NCBI GenBank assembly: GCA_027068075.1
Contig: JAMOUJ010000006.1
Coordinates: forward strand, 346,706-410,705
DNA length: 64,000 nt
Source of the DNA: Candidatus Aminicenantes bacterium
GTDB taxonomy: Bacteria > Acidobacteriota > Aminicenantia > S016-38
Direction of reading: 5' to 3'
Below are positions 9,869-19,298 of this stretch, one piece after another; position 1 is the first letter of the stretch; the number at the start of each line of letters is the position of its first letter. The translations under genes were made by a program, and so were the position numbers. Below the pieces are notes generated by a model. It saw only the letters and a list, made by a program, of their open reading frames with translations. It did no database searches and was not told the DNA's origin.

Positions 9869-11605
9869 TTAGTTTTGTTTCTCCCCTGTTTTTTCCTCCT
9901 CCAGAAAGAGATCCCGGAGTTCTCCGAAGGGCTTTCCACCGTAGCCGGCCTTGTTCAGAACATCTATGTAGTGGGTGATGTGGTCAATGACCCTTTCCGA
10001 AGGAGCGTATTTGAAGGTGACCCTCTTGAGGAACAACTCCGCTTCCTCGGGAACGATCCCCATTATTTCGTAACTCAACCTTGCCGCCTGTGACGGGTTT
10101 TTTACCACCCAGTCTATGGCTTTTTCCGCCTCCTCCAGGAAAATTCTGGAAACCTCCGGATACTCCCGCAGGACTTCCCCCTTGAAGAGAATCCCGGCGT
10201 TGGGAAGGTTTCCTTTGCCCGGGAAGAGTTTTTCCCACAGGTCCGCATATCTTATGGCCTCCTTCACCTGGCCCTTGCCCTCAAAGATGGCGAAACTGGC
10301 TTCCGGTTCCCTGAGAAGTCCCACCTCCGCCTCACCCTTCACCAGCATCTCCTTTATGTCCGCAGGCCTGCCGAAGGGATTGCCGAAGGCAAATTCAAAT
10401 TCCTCGGGGTCGTAGCCCAGGGCCTTCATCAGGAAGGTGGTTACCGCATAGGGAGGGGCTGCTTTAATCAGGGGCAGGTGGATGGGTTTTCCCCTGAGGT
10501 CTCCGAAATCCCTGGCTTCAAAGCCCCGGGTCAGGATGAAGAAATTGTCCCAGACCACCACCGCCTTCATCTTTATGTCCAGACCCTTCTGGTAGAGTTT
10601 AGCCACCGCCGCCACCGCGGAAAAACTTATGTCCGCCCGGCCGTTGATTATCCACCCCAGGTGTTTCTCCGTTTTATCCCATATCTTGAGTTCCTCTATT
10701 TTTATCAGGTCCATGAGCCGCTTTGACTGGAGAAGGCGCATGATGATCGGATAGACCACCGGGGTGGCGGACTGGATTACCAGGGGAACCCTTCCTGAAA
10801 GGGTTTTCTTTCTTTCCCTTTTGACTTCCTTTTTCTTGTAGAAGTAAACATGGTGCTCCAGGGGACCCCGCTTTTCTATGTGGACTTCAAAGCCCAGGGG
10901 TTCAATCATGTTTATCAGGGGAGTGGGGAGGAAGTATTGGATTATCCTGAAGCCCTCCCCGGGAGGGGTTTCGTTGGCCTTTTTAATGATGGCGGAAAAG
11001 GGGTCTTCCCTCCAGCCCCGAACATCCAGGACTTCAAACTCCTCCTTCCTCTCCAGCCAGTTTTTCTCCTCTCCTTCTTCTTTGGGGTTTACATAGAGGA
11101 TGTGGGTGTTGAAGGAAGGGTTTTCGTAGTGAAAGGAATAACCTTCCTCCTGGAGCATGTTTATCAGGGGAGCCGGGTAGAAGTCGTTGACCACCTTGAG
11201 AATCTGGTCCCTTTCCAGGGATCTGAGGCTCCTCAGAATCTCGGGGAAAAAGAAATCGTCCCTATCCCTGACATCCATCACCACTATTTGCTTGGCTTCC
11301 TTCACCCAATCGGGCTTTTCCCCTTCCGGGAGTGTTTTTCCCACCACCTCCCTGAGGCAGTCCGGGGCGTGTTTTGCCAGTTCCTCCTCCGTGCCTACTT
11401 CTCTGTTGAGACGGTGTAGAACCTCGCAGAGGGATAGTCCTCCTATTTTCGCCACATCGGCGAAGGTGGCCCATCGGGCCACCGCCTTGAAGATGAGGCT
11501 GTTGTTCAATTTTTTAAATTTTGGGGAAAGGGATATGAGAACCTCCTTCAATTGAGGATATTTCTCCAGGGCATCCTTTACCCTGGTGCTGGCAAGGATT
11601 ACCAT
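9869..11605 (-). CDS. Multidomain cytoplasmic protein: N-terminal DUF1858-like domain, two internal approx 60-aa repeats (DUF2249/TusA-like), C-terminal NMT1/SsuA-like periplasmic-binding-fold domain
   Basis: The N-terminus resembles the 79-aa DUF1858 protein at 39611..39850. The internal repeat is visible directly: YPAPLINMLQEEGYSFHYE.. and LPTPLINMIEPLGFEVHIE... The C-terminal 300 aa is an SBP-like fold (LLREPEASFAIFEG). There is no signal peptide. Confidence 0.4.
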   Translation of the reverse strand: MVILASTRVKDALEKYPQLKEVLISLSPKFKKLNNSLIFKAVARWATFADVAKIGGLSLCEVLHRLNREVGTEEELAKHAPDCLREVVGKTLPEGEKPDWVKEAKQIVVMDVRDRDDFFFPEILRSLRSLERDQILKVVNDFYPAPLINMLQEEGYSFHYENPSFNTHILYVNPKEEGEEKNWLERKEEFEVLDVRGWREDPFSAIIKKANETPPGEGFRIIQYFLPTPLINMIEPLGFEVHIEKRGPLEHHVYFYKKKEVKRERKKTLSGRVPLVIQSATPVVYPIIMRLLQSKRLMDLIKIEELKIWDKTEKHLGWIINGRADISFSAVAAVAKLYQKGLDIKMKAVVVWDNFFILTRGFEARDFGDLRGKPIHLPLIKAAPPYAVTTFLMKALGYDPEEFEFAFGNPFGRPADIKEMLVKGEAEVGLLREPEASFAIFEGKGQVKEAIRYADLWEKLFPGKGNLPNAGILFKGEVLREYPEVSRIFLEEAEKAIDWVVKNPSQAARLSYEIMGIVPEEAELFLKRVTFKYAPSERVIDHITHYIDVLNKAGYGGKPFGELRDLFLEEEKTGEKQN

Positions 11606-11615
11606 TTTTTACCTC

Positions 11616-12680
11616 CTAAATCTCCGGGACCAGGGGAAAGTTTCCCAGCCTTTCCGGTCCCCTTTCCGTTATTAAATAGGTGTCCTCTATCTTTACCGTG
11701 CCCAGTTCCAGGCTGCTCAGGGGGGCGTGGCCCACGCTGACCACCATGGAGGGTTTTACCGGTTTCATCCGGTCTCCGGGCACTATGGTGAGGATGGGGG
11801 TTTCCTCAAACCTGAGGCCCACGCCGTGGCCGAAGCCGTAGAGGTGAGCGGAAGAAAAACCCGCTTCGGCGTAAAGTCCAGCCACCTGCTCCTCCACCTT
11901 GTGGAAGGTCTTGTTGATCTGGACGAATTCCGAAAACCTTCTGTGGAGCGCTTCCATGGTCTTTAGGGCTTTTTCCCGGAGGGAGTCCCTCCGCAGAAGG
12001 AAGGTCCTGGCGAAATCGTAAAAATAACCGTTGTAAGAAGGCATGAGGTCCACAAGTACATAATCCTGGATTGGAACTGCCCTGGGCTTTGCGTGGACCC
12101 TGGGGGGACCGGAGTTTACATACACGAATACATCCTCGGCCCCGGCCTTCCTCATGGCGTATTCAGCCTCGGCGGCTATTTCCATCTCCAGGACCCCGGG
12201 CTTTATGGCCTTTGCGGCGGCCTCCATGCCCAGGGCCGCTATTTCCCCGGCCTTCTTTATGAGGTTCACCTCCTCGTCCTCCTTGAACATCCGCAATTCC
12301 ATGAGCAGAGGATGAACATCCACCACCCTTCTCTTAGCATGGATTTTCTCAAACATGCTGTAGAGAAGGGCGGAGGCGTCTATGTCCAGGTTGAAGCCTA
12401 TCACCGGATTGTCCACCTTCTTGTGGACCGAGTTTATGAGAACCTTCACATCCCTGTAGGGCAGGAAGTTCTCCATCCAGGTGTTCTTTTTCAGTTCCGG
12501 GATTTCTTCCTCAATGGCGAAGACCACCGGAGAGCCCTCCGCAGGGATTAAAAGGGCAGGGGGGTCCCAGTAGGTTCCGGTGAAATACCTGAAGGAATAC
12601 CGGTCCCGAAACATGGCCACATCAATGCCCTTTTTCTGTAAAAGTTGCTGAAATCTTTTAACTCTTCCTTCGTAGTCCAT
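11616..12680 (-). CDS. M24 family Xaa-Pro aminopeptidase/prolidase
   Basis: Creatinase-like N-domain and a pita-bread C-domain with HGVGLRFEETP. AGGAGG RBS 6 nt upstream. Confidence 0.8.
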   Translation of the reverse strand: MDYEGRVKRFQQLLQKKGIDVAMFRDRYSFRYFTGTYWDPPALLIPAEGSPVVFAIEEEIPELKKNTWMENFLPYRDVKVLINSVHKKVDNPVIGFNLDIDASALLYSMFEKIHAKRRVVDVHPLLMELRMFKEDEEVNLIKKAGEIAALGMEAAAKAIKPGVLEMEIAAEAEYAMRKAGAEDVFVYVNSGPPRVHAKPRAVPIQDYVLVDLMPSYNGYFYDFARTFLLRRDSLREKALKTMEALHRRFSEFVQINKTFHKVEEQVAGLYAEAGFSSAHLYGFGHGVGLRFEETPILTIVPGDRMKPVKPSMVVSVGHAPLSSLELGTVKIEDTYLITERGPERLGNFPLVPEI

Positions 12681-12703
12681 CTTGTCCCTCCTTTAGAAGG
12701 GAT

Positions 12704-12713
12704 ATTATACCAT
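12704..12713 (-). promoter_or_regulatory. Extended -10 promoter element (TGgTATAAT) for the M24 peptidase gene
   Basis: Minus-strand reading gives ATGGTATAAT about 24 nt upstream of the AGGAGG RBS. An upstream TTGATA is too close to act as a -35, so this looks like an extended -10 type promoter. Confidence 0.4.
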
Positions 12714-12741
12714 ATTCCTATCAAAATGGTAGGAATTAGGG

Positions 12742-12768
12742 TTAAAAAAAGGGGGGCCTTTGCCCCCC
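12742..12768 (-). terminator. Rho-independent terminator ending the ctaB-containing operon
   Basis: Minus-strand GGGGGGGCAAAGGCCCCCC hairpin followed by TTTTTTT, directly after the stop of the gene at 12780. Confidence 0.7.
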
Positions 12769-12779
12769 TGAAAATCAGA

Positions 12780-13394
12780 TCAGTCTCCCTTTACGAAGCC
12801 AATGGCGAAGAAAAGGGCCACCAAGAAGAGAAGAGGAGCCAGAATGGTCATAACCACATTTTGGGAGAAGAAAAGGAACTGTTTCCCGGCCTTGAGGAAA
12901 GCCAGGGCCATTCCTCCCAGGCTGATGGCTATTCCGCCGATGGCCACCCAGATAAAGGATTCCTTTACGGTCTTTTTGGCCACCTGAATTATGGGAACCA
13001 GAACTATGGTGATTCCTGCTATGGCGTGGAAGAGGGGATAAACCACCTTGTTCAGGGATGCCATATCCCCGAACCTTGCTAAGGCTATGAGAACGAGGCC
13101 CACCAGCATGAGCAGGAGATACCAGGTTCCGGATTTCCTGTAGAACCGGTAGATGAGCCCCGTGGCCAGGGAGAAGGGAATCAGGCTGGCCACCACAGCC
13201 ACCAGGTCGTTTCCGAGGAGTCCCCATCCTCCGAAGAGAAGAAGAACTCCGGAAATCAGTAGCACCAGGAAGGAAATGATGTAATACACATTGCAGGTGC
13301 AGGGATTGTCCTGTTGTTTCTTCCAGAAATGTCCGATAAGATAGAGGGCTATCAAGCCCGTTAAAAGAAGAAATAGACGATCCAGGATCGTCAT
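12780..13394 (-). CDS. 7-TM membrane protein, paralog A (conserved FHxxAG motif)
   Basis: About 7 hydrophobic helices. It shares blocks with the adjacent paralog: GLLLLFGG..L.N.LV.VVA.LIP and LFHAIAGIT. Confidence 0.45.
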   Translation of the reverse strand: MTILDRLFLLLTGLIALYLIGHFWKKQQDNPCTCNVYYIISFLVLLISGVLLLFGGWGLLGNDLVAVVASLIPFSLATGLIYRFYRKSGTWYLLLMLVGLVLIALARFGDMASLNKVVYPLFHAIAGITIVLVPIIQVAKKTVKESFIWVAIGGIAISLGGMALAFLKAGKQFLFFSQNVVMTILAPLLFLVALFFAIGFVKGD

Positions 13395-13436
13395 CCTTCA
13401 CCTCCTGTAAAAAATTTATTTATGGGTAGTCCCATG

Positions 13437-14027
13437 TCAAAGGTATCTGAGGCCAGCGGAAAACGCCAGGGACATGAAAAGCAGGATCCACGGCAGAAGG
13501 GAAAAGAGAAGTTTTTGTGGCAAGAAGGGCTTTCCCATCTGGGCGGTTCCCAGTAGCATCCCGCCCAGGCCTATTATTCCTGCACCGAGGCTTATGAAGA
13601 GAACGCCGGGGGAACTCCCCCTGGCCCAAAGCAGAATTGGGAGAAAGAACAGGGTAACTCCTGCAAGGCCGTGGAAGAATACGAGGACGAGGGTTCCCCA
13701 GGGTGATTTCCGCGTGAGAGCGATCAGCACCAGGCCGGATGTGGAGAAGATAAGGTAGGGAATGTGAAGGGATGGAAAGGAGGCGCATATGAGGCCCAGG
13801 GCCATGCCCAGGGGAATCAAGGCCGCCACCACTACCACCATGGGGTTGGAGAGGATGGAGTATCCGAAGATGATGAGAAGCAGACCTGCTATGATCAGTA
13901 CCCCGAAGGCCAAGGTGAAGTAGAATACGGACCATGAGGAAAACATGTTCATGCCCGCCACCACCTGATAGGAACTTACGAGAACCATAAGAAGGAGAAC
14001 CAGTTTTGACAGCACGGTGGTTTTCAT
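13437..14027 (-). CDS. 7-TM membrane protein, paralog B (conserved FHxxAG motif)
   Basis: Similar topology and motifs to 12780..13394 (VFFHGLAGVT, VVVVAALIPLGMALGLI). The start overlaps the ctaB stop (ATGA). Confidence 0.45.
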   Translation of the reverse strand: MKTTVLSKLVLLLMVLVSSYQVVAGMNMFSSWSVFYFTLAFGVLIIAGLLLIIFGYSILSNPMVVVVAALIPLGMALGLICASFPSLHIPYLIFSTSGLVLIALTRKSPWGTLVLVFFHGLAGVTLFFLPILLWARGSSPGVLFISLGAGIIGLGGMLLGTAQMGKPFLPQKLLFSLLPWILLFMSLAFSAGLRYL

Positions 14028-14881
14028 AGGACCGTCCCTGCCATGATTATGAGCATGGAGCCCAGCATGAAGAAGGAAGCGTACTTAAACAGACCGAGGT
14101 TGACCCTTTCCGATGGGTTTTTTATGCTGTAGATCGCCAGGCCCAGAAGACCCACCGAGAGGATTCCCAGAAGCCTTAGATATCCCCACGATAGGCCCAG
14201 GGCCAGGATTCCGATCCCCACGGCCAGGGCAGCCCCTATGCTGGAGAGGGCTATTATCCATCGGGTTGTTTTAAAGCCGTAAACCGAAGGAAATGTGGGG
14301 ATTCCGGCCCTGCGGTAGTCGTCGTAATACTTCATGGAGAAGGTGAGGATGTGGGTGGGAATCCACAGGAGAATGGATAGCCCCAGGAGGACCCCTATGA
14401 GGTCCACTCTGCCCGTTCCCAGGGCTCTTCCCGCCATGATGGGCATGGCTCCGGCTATTCCTCCCCATACGATGGACCACGGAGTTCTCCGCTTAAGCCA
14501 CAGGGAATATACCACCACATCAAAGAACAATCCTGCCGCCACCAGGAGACCGTAAAGGGGTGAGAGGTAAAGGGCCATAGCGATCCCCGAGGCCGATAGC
14601 AGGGCGGCAAAGGTTAAGGCCTGACGGGTGCTCAGTTTTCCCGAGGGAAGGGGGCGCTTTCTGGTTCTCCCCATGCTCAGGTCAATGTCGCTGTCTATTA
14701 CCATGTTAAAGGCCGTGCTTCCGCCTATGGCCAGGGCAAGGCTTACTACGAGTCCCGAAAAGGTGAAGAAGTTGAGGACTGGGCATTTAGCCGTGGCGAA
14801 TCCGGCTATCCCCGTCAGAAGGAGGAGTCCGCTCTGAAGCGGCTTCACCAGTTGCCAGTAGAGGTTTATCTTTCCCCTCAT
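14024..14881 (-). CDS. ctaB: Protoheme IX farnesyltransferase (heme O synthase, UbiA family)
   Basis: UbiA-family prenyltransferase. N-terminus MRGKINLYWQLVKPLQSGLLLLTG and Asp-rich region DSDIDLSMGRTRKRPLPSG, typical of CyoE/CtaB. Confidence 0.8.
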   Translation of the reverse strand: MRGKINLYWQLVKPLQSGLLLLTGIAGFATAKCPVLNFFTFSGLVVSLALAIGGSTAFNMVIDSDIDLSMGRTRKRPLPSGKLSTRQALTFAALLSASGIAMALYLSPLYGLLVAAGLFFDVVVYSLWLKRRTPWSIVWGGIAGAMPIMAGRALGTGRVDLIGVLLGLSILLWIPTHILTFSMKYYDDYRRAGIPTFPSVYGFKTTRWIIALSSIGAALAVGIGILALGLSWGYLRLLGILSVGLLGLAIYSIKNPSERVNLGLFKYASFFMLGSMLIIMAGTVL

Positions 14882-14913
14882 TTTCCTTCTTTTATATTTT
14901 GGAACCTTCGGGG

Positions 14914-15891
14914 CTAATTTTCAACTTTCTGGGACTCTCCCTCCTGGTTCCCCTGGGTTTCGGGTTTGTGGTCCCTGACGCAGCGGAATCCCACATCTAT
15001 GTAGTAATTCCAGGGCAGAGAACTGTTGTAGGACCAGATCCTCAGGTAAACATCGTAGTTCATCCAACTTCCGCCCTTCATGAACCTATCGGACATTTTC
15101 TCGTGTTTATCGGCCACCCACTGCCATACATTTCCTGCCATGTCGTAAAGGCCGTAGGGGCTGCGGGCGTTGACGGTCTGGAAGCCTTCGTAACTCCTTC
15201 CGTTGAAGAATCCCACGGGGGTGGTTATTCCGTGCTTCACCCCCAGGATTTTCCGTATTTCCTTGTTGCTGAGGTCGTAGTTGGCGTGATGGGGGGTGAT
15301 TTCGTTGCCCCAGGGATAGGCTCTGAAATCTTCGGTGCCCCGGGCCGCCTTTTCCCATTCCGCCTCTGTGGGAAGCCTCCAGCCGTAGAATTCGCAGTAC
15401 CCCCTGGCGCCGAACCAGGTCACCATGGTGGCGGGATGGTTTTCAAATCCCTTGTCCACGGTGAAGGTTTTACCGTCAAATTTTATGCGGCTCCCGGGTC
15501 TTTCCAGGGCGTAGTAAAGATAATACCCGGGGCCTATTTTCCGTTCGTGTCTGAAGCCCGTGTACTCCTCGCCAGGATAGAATCCCTTGACATCGTTTCC
15601 CTCCACCTTTATCTTGCCTGCGGCCAGGGCTTCGTTTAGGTAGCGGGCGTATTGAAGGTTGGTGACATCGGTTACCATTATTTCGTAATCGTAATCAAGG
15701 TTCTTCAGGTGATTGAGGTTTTTGAACTGTCCCTGGAAGAAGGGACCTGCGGGCACCAGGGCCCAGGCATCGGAGGAGATTCCCGTATCTATGTATTTTA
15801 CCTCTTCGTGGGTCCACTTTTCCGGCTGATGTACGCATCCGTAGAAGGCCACCGTGGTTAAAAGGGTTATAAGCACCAGGACTTTTTTCAT
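14914..15891 (-). CDS. Formylglycine-generating-enzyme (FGE)/sulfatase-modifying-factor family protein, probable lipoprotein
   Basis: Motifs WRLPTEAEWEKAARG, YPWGNE and GGSWMN. N-terminal signal with Cys (TVAFYGC). Confidence 0.75.
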   Translation of the reverse strand: MKKVLVLITLLTTVAFYGCVHQPEKWTHEEVKYIDTGISSDAWALVPAGPFFQGQFKNLNHLKNLDYDYEIMVTDVTNLQYARYLNEALAAGKIKVEGNDVKGFYPGEEYTGFRHERKIGPGYYLYYALERPGSRIKFDGKTFTVDKGFENHPATMVTWFGARGYCEFYGWRLPTEAEWEKAARGTEDFRAYPWGNEITPHHANYDLSNKEIRKILGVKHGITTPVGFFNGRSYEGFQTVNARSPYGLYDMAGNVWQWVADKHEKMSDRFMKGGSWMNYDVYLRIWSYNSSLPWNYYIDVGFRCVRDHKPETQGNQEGESQKVEN

Positions 15892-15903
15892 CTTTAACCT
15901 CCT

Positions 15904-17400
15904 TTATGCAACTGGTCCAGTGGAGGTTTTTGCCACCTCCACTTCGGGGTTTTCCTTTTCCCTCTTCCATATTCCCTCGCCCTTGAAGAGGTCAAAGAGC
16001 CTCCAGAGAAGAAGCAGGGCGAGGATTACGAGGACCGCCGCCAGTCCCACATCCATGGCCAGGAAGATTTTGGAAACCAGGGGTTCCTGATAATAGGCGT
16101 TTACGAAGAGTCTCTTGAGGGAATAAATCGTGGCGCCGGCAAAGGCCACATCGGAACCGATGAGGAGAATCCAGCCAAACCACTGCCTTACCTTGCCCTT
16201 CAGGCCCACCATGTCAGCGTAATACATGAGGATTATGGTGGCGATGAGGGCGGCCAGAACATGCCAGTGCCCTGTCAGGGTAACCCTTTCCTCCCTCCAG
16301 GGCCAGACCCTGAAGATTTCGTCCAGTTTTATCGCCATGAATATTCCCACTCCGCTGACGGTGAAGTTCATGAAAACCATCTGCCAGAGGGCACCGAACT
16401 TCAGAGGATCGTGGAGCAGGGCCTTGAGCCCCCGGAAGAATCCCGCCTTCTCTATTCCCAGTTCGTTGAGCCTTTCACGGATAAGTTTTCTCCATCCGTA
16501 AATCACCAGCATGAGGGCTGCCAGCATGATGAAGGTGGAGCCCACATAGATTATCATGTGGGCTATGAGTTCAAAGGGAACCACCATCCACACGCCCAGG
16601 GTTATCACTATGGTGCCGAAGATCATCAGCGGCATGGCTATCTTGTGGTATATGCCCTTGAAGTCCAGCCACCTTCCCACGATGAGGGTGATGGCCACGG
16701 CTATGAGGGTGAGCATTATGTGAAGGTGTCCTATGATTCCCAACTGGAGGGGAGTTTTGTGGGCAAAGCGGACGGTGTTTTCCGCCAGGAAGGTTTCAAA
16801 GCCGTTTCCGAAGTAAGCGCCGGCCACGGCTCCGAAGAGGGAAGAACCCAGGGTGGCCACCACCATGGTGAAGAAGGCCGCCCGCTCAAGGTCCATACCG
16901 GATTTGGTGTGGGCGTATTCCGGGCTTGCCACCCGGTAGTTTTTGTTCCAGGGCCAGAGGGCTACCGCCAGAAGAAGGCCGGTGAAGAACATGAGGGAAA
17001 GTCCGAAGAGGAATAATCCGTGGAGTATCCAGTTCCTTCCGAAATAAGCAAAACCAAGGCCAAAAATCATGGAACTCAAATATCCCACCGTCACCGCAGC
17101 GTTGATGGTGAGTTTGTAAAATTTCTTCATGGGGATGATGGAGGTCATTAGATAGACCTCAATGGCGATGACGGCCATGGCGATGGTGTGGTAGAGCATT
17201 ATGATTCTACCTTCCCGGAAGAAGGGGTCAAGTTTCATGCCGAGAAGCCTTACTGTTATGTCCTTTACACCCCATTCCACCATGGGGCCGGATAGAGTTC
17301 CCCAGATGGCGGTTACCAGGGAAATAAGGGATATGGCCACCAGGACGAGGCCCTTGGTGGAAGAGAAAAGATATTCCAGCCTCTCCTTGAGAAACTTCAT
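15904..17400 (-). CDS. Large polytopic membrane protein (about 13 TM, several intramembrane His)
   Basis: 498 aa, hydrophobic throughout. His residues sit in predicted helices (HTIAM, GHLHIM, IAHMIIY, GHWHVL). It lies 12 nt upstream of the FGE-like gene on the same strand. I recognise no family with confidence. Confidence 0.4.
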   Translation of the reverse strand: MKFLKERLEYLFSSTKGLVLVAISLISLVTAIWGTLSGPMVEWGVKDITVRLLGMKLDPFFREGRIIMLYHTIAMAVIAIEVYLMTSIIPMKKFYKLTINAAVTVGYLSSMIFGLGFAYFGRNWILHGLFLFGLSLMFFTGLLLAVALWPWNKNYRVASPEYAHTKSGMDLERAAFFTMVVATLGSSLFGAVAGAYFGNGFETFLAENTVRFAHKTPLQLGIIGHLHIMLTLIAVAITLIVGRWLDFKGIYHKIAMPLMIFGTIVITLGVWMVVPFELIAHMIIYVGSTFIMLAALMLVIYGWRKLIRERLNELGIEKAGFFRGLKALLHDPLKFGALWQMVFMNFTVSGVGIFMAIKLDEIFRVWPWREERVTLTGHWHVLAALIATIILMYYADMVGLKGKVRQWFGWILLIGSDVAFAGATIYSLKRLFVNAYYQEPLVSKIFLAMDVGLAAVLVILALLLLWRLFDLFKGEGIWKREKENPEVEVAKTSTGPVA

Positions 17401-17464
17401 TTTATCCTCCTGGTTGTTTTTACAAAATTATTCTAAACAAAAATGGAGGAAAATTAAAGTATTT

Positions 17465-18568
17465 TTACGAGGCTATTACGATTCTATCTCCCCCCTCCCT
17501 CTTTCCCTTGTAGAGGGCTTCGTCGGCCTTTTCCAGGAGGGCTTCCAGGTCAATGTATTCCCTCTGGAAGTTCACCTGAACTATCCCGGCGCTCAGGGAA
17601 ATGTTCAGGTCTGGAGAGTACATCTCCGAGATCTCCTTCACCTTTTCCCTGAGCCTTTCGGCTACACTTCTGGCGCCCTGGGCATCCGCATGGGGAAGGA
17701 TTACCAGAAACTCGTCGCCTCCCCACCTTCCGATGATGTCCCCTTCCCTTAGGAGTTTGCTCCATTCCCTGGAGATTTGCTGAAGTACCCTGTCCCCGAA
17801 GGCGTGGCCAAAATTATCGTTGGCCTTTTTGAAGTTGTCCAGGTCTATCAGGATTATGGAAAGGTGGGCCTGGTTCCTGGAGAAAACCTTGATGAGGAAG
17901 TTCAACCTGTCCATGAGTTCCCTTCGGTTGTAAAGCCCTGTGAGGGGATCCCTCCGCGAAAGTTCTTCCAGTCTGACGGTGTATTCCTTGAGTTTTTCGT
18001 GGGCCACCTCAAATTTTTCCATGTAGAAGAGGGCCACGATGATGACGACCAAGAGGGAGAGGATGAAACCCCAGAAGTGGTTGTAAAAAACGCATTGGGA
18101 GGATGGACAGTGCGTTATGGCCCTGGGGTTAAGCCTTTCTATCATGACCAGGAAGGAAACCACCACCACTTCACCGATCAGGAAGAAGGCCCTCCACTTT
18201 CCGGTGAATACGATGGCGGTGAGGATGCCGAAGATTATTAGAAAATAAGGGAAACCCCCAGTCATCCCTCCGTCCCTGAGCCAGAACAGGGGAGTGTAGC
18301 CGAAGAGGGCTACCCCGTAGGCCATTACTGCAGGGAAGTAAAATTTTCTGTATTTCAGGGAGATTATGTATAAAATAAGGTAAATTACGGCTCCCACCAG
18401 GCCTATCATAACCACGAATCTGCTCTTTCCCAGGGCGATGTTTATGATTACCGAGAGGATAAAGAGGATGATCATAAACAGGAGAATGGAATTTAACACC
18501 CTGTGCCTTACGCTGAACTCCCGGGGGGAGCCCAATAAGAATTCTTCCAATCTCTTCAAATATCCCAT
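17465..18568 (-). CDS. Membrane-anchored diguanylate cyclase (5-6 TM sensor + GGDEF)
   Basis: RDPLTGLYNRR ... RWGGDEFLVILP: canonical GGDEF with the active-site motif intact. Confidence 0.8.
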   Translation of the reverse strand: MGYLKRLEEFLLGSPREFSVRHRVLNSILLFMIILFILSVIINIALGKSRFVVMIGLVGAVIYLILYIISLKYRKFYFPAVMAYGVALFGYTPLFWLRDGGMTGGFPYFLIIFGILTAIVFTGKWRAFFLIGEVVVVSFLVMIERLNPRAITHCPSSQCVFYNHFWGFILSLLVVIIVALFYMEKFEVAHEKLKEYTVRLEELSRRDPLTGLYNRRELMDRLNFLIKVFSRNQAHLSIILIDLDNFKKANDNFGHAFGDRVLQQISREWSKLLREGDIIGRWGGDEFLVILPHADAQGARSVAERLREKVKEISEMYSPDLNISLSAGIVQVNFQREYIDLEALLEKADEALYKGKREGGDRIVIAS

Positions 18569-18656
18569 TTCCCCTGTTTATTTTTCATCCATTATTCATT
18601 TAACAATTATAATCAAAATTTAATGCTACCTCAAGGGAAATGCTAAAATATCCCCT

Positions 18657-19289
18657 ATGGATTGGTTGCTCAGTGAATACAGGGAAAAGAGGAGGGCCAT
18701 TGAAGGAAGACTGAGGGAATTTAGAGATGTATGGAGACGGAGGGAACCCCGGGAGGTCTTCCGGGAATTCGTCTTCTGCCTTCTTACCCCACAGTCCAGG
18801 GCAAGGGTCTGCTGGGAGGCTGTGGAGAGGATGGATAGGAGCGGAGCCCTCTGGGAGGGTAGCCCGGAAGAGGTAGCCCGGGACCTGCATGGCGTGAGGT
18901 TCAAAAACCACAAGGCCCGATACATAGTGGAGGCCAGGGAAAGGTTCTGGAAGGATGGGGAGTTCTCCCTGGTGAGAGTTCTGGGGGAGATGTCCCCGCA
19001 GGAAGCCCGGGATTACCTGGTCCGCAATGTCAGAGGAATGGGCATGAAGGAGGCAAGTCACTTCCTCCGAAACATCGGACTGGGGGAAAATCTGGCCATA
19101 TTGGACCGCCACATCCTGAAGAACCTCCTTCGCCTGGGGGTGATAGACGAACTCCCCCGAAGCCTGGGCAGGAAGACCTATCTGGAGATAGAAGAGAGGA
19201 TGAGGAAGTTTTCCCGAAAGTCTGGAATTCCCCTGTCCCACCTGGACCTTTTGTTCTGGGCCAGAGAGGCCGGGGAAATTTTCAAGTAA
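18657..19289 (+). CDS. ogg: 8-oxoguanine DNA glycosylase/AP lyase, Ogg2-type (HhH-GPD)
   Basis: 210 aa. Layout is typical of compact thermophile Ogg. HhH region MGMKEASHFLRNIGL and the catalytic Lys/Asp region. Confidence 0.7.
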   Translation: MDWLLSEYREKRRAIEGRLREFRDVWRRREPREVFREFVFCLLTPQSRARVCWEAVERMDRSGALWEGSPEEVARDLHGVRFKNHKARYIVEARERFWKDGEFSLVRVLGEMSPQEARDYLVRNVRGMGMKEASHFLRNIGLGENLAILDRHILKNLLRLGVIDELPRSLGRKTYLEIEERMRKFSRKSGIPLSHLDLLFWAREAGEIFK

Positions 19290-19298
19290 GGAGGATCC

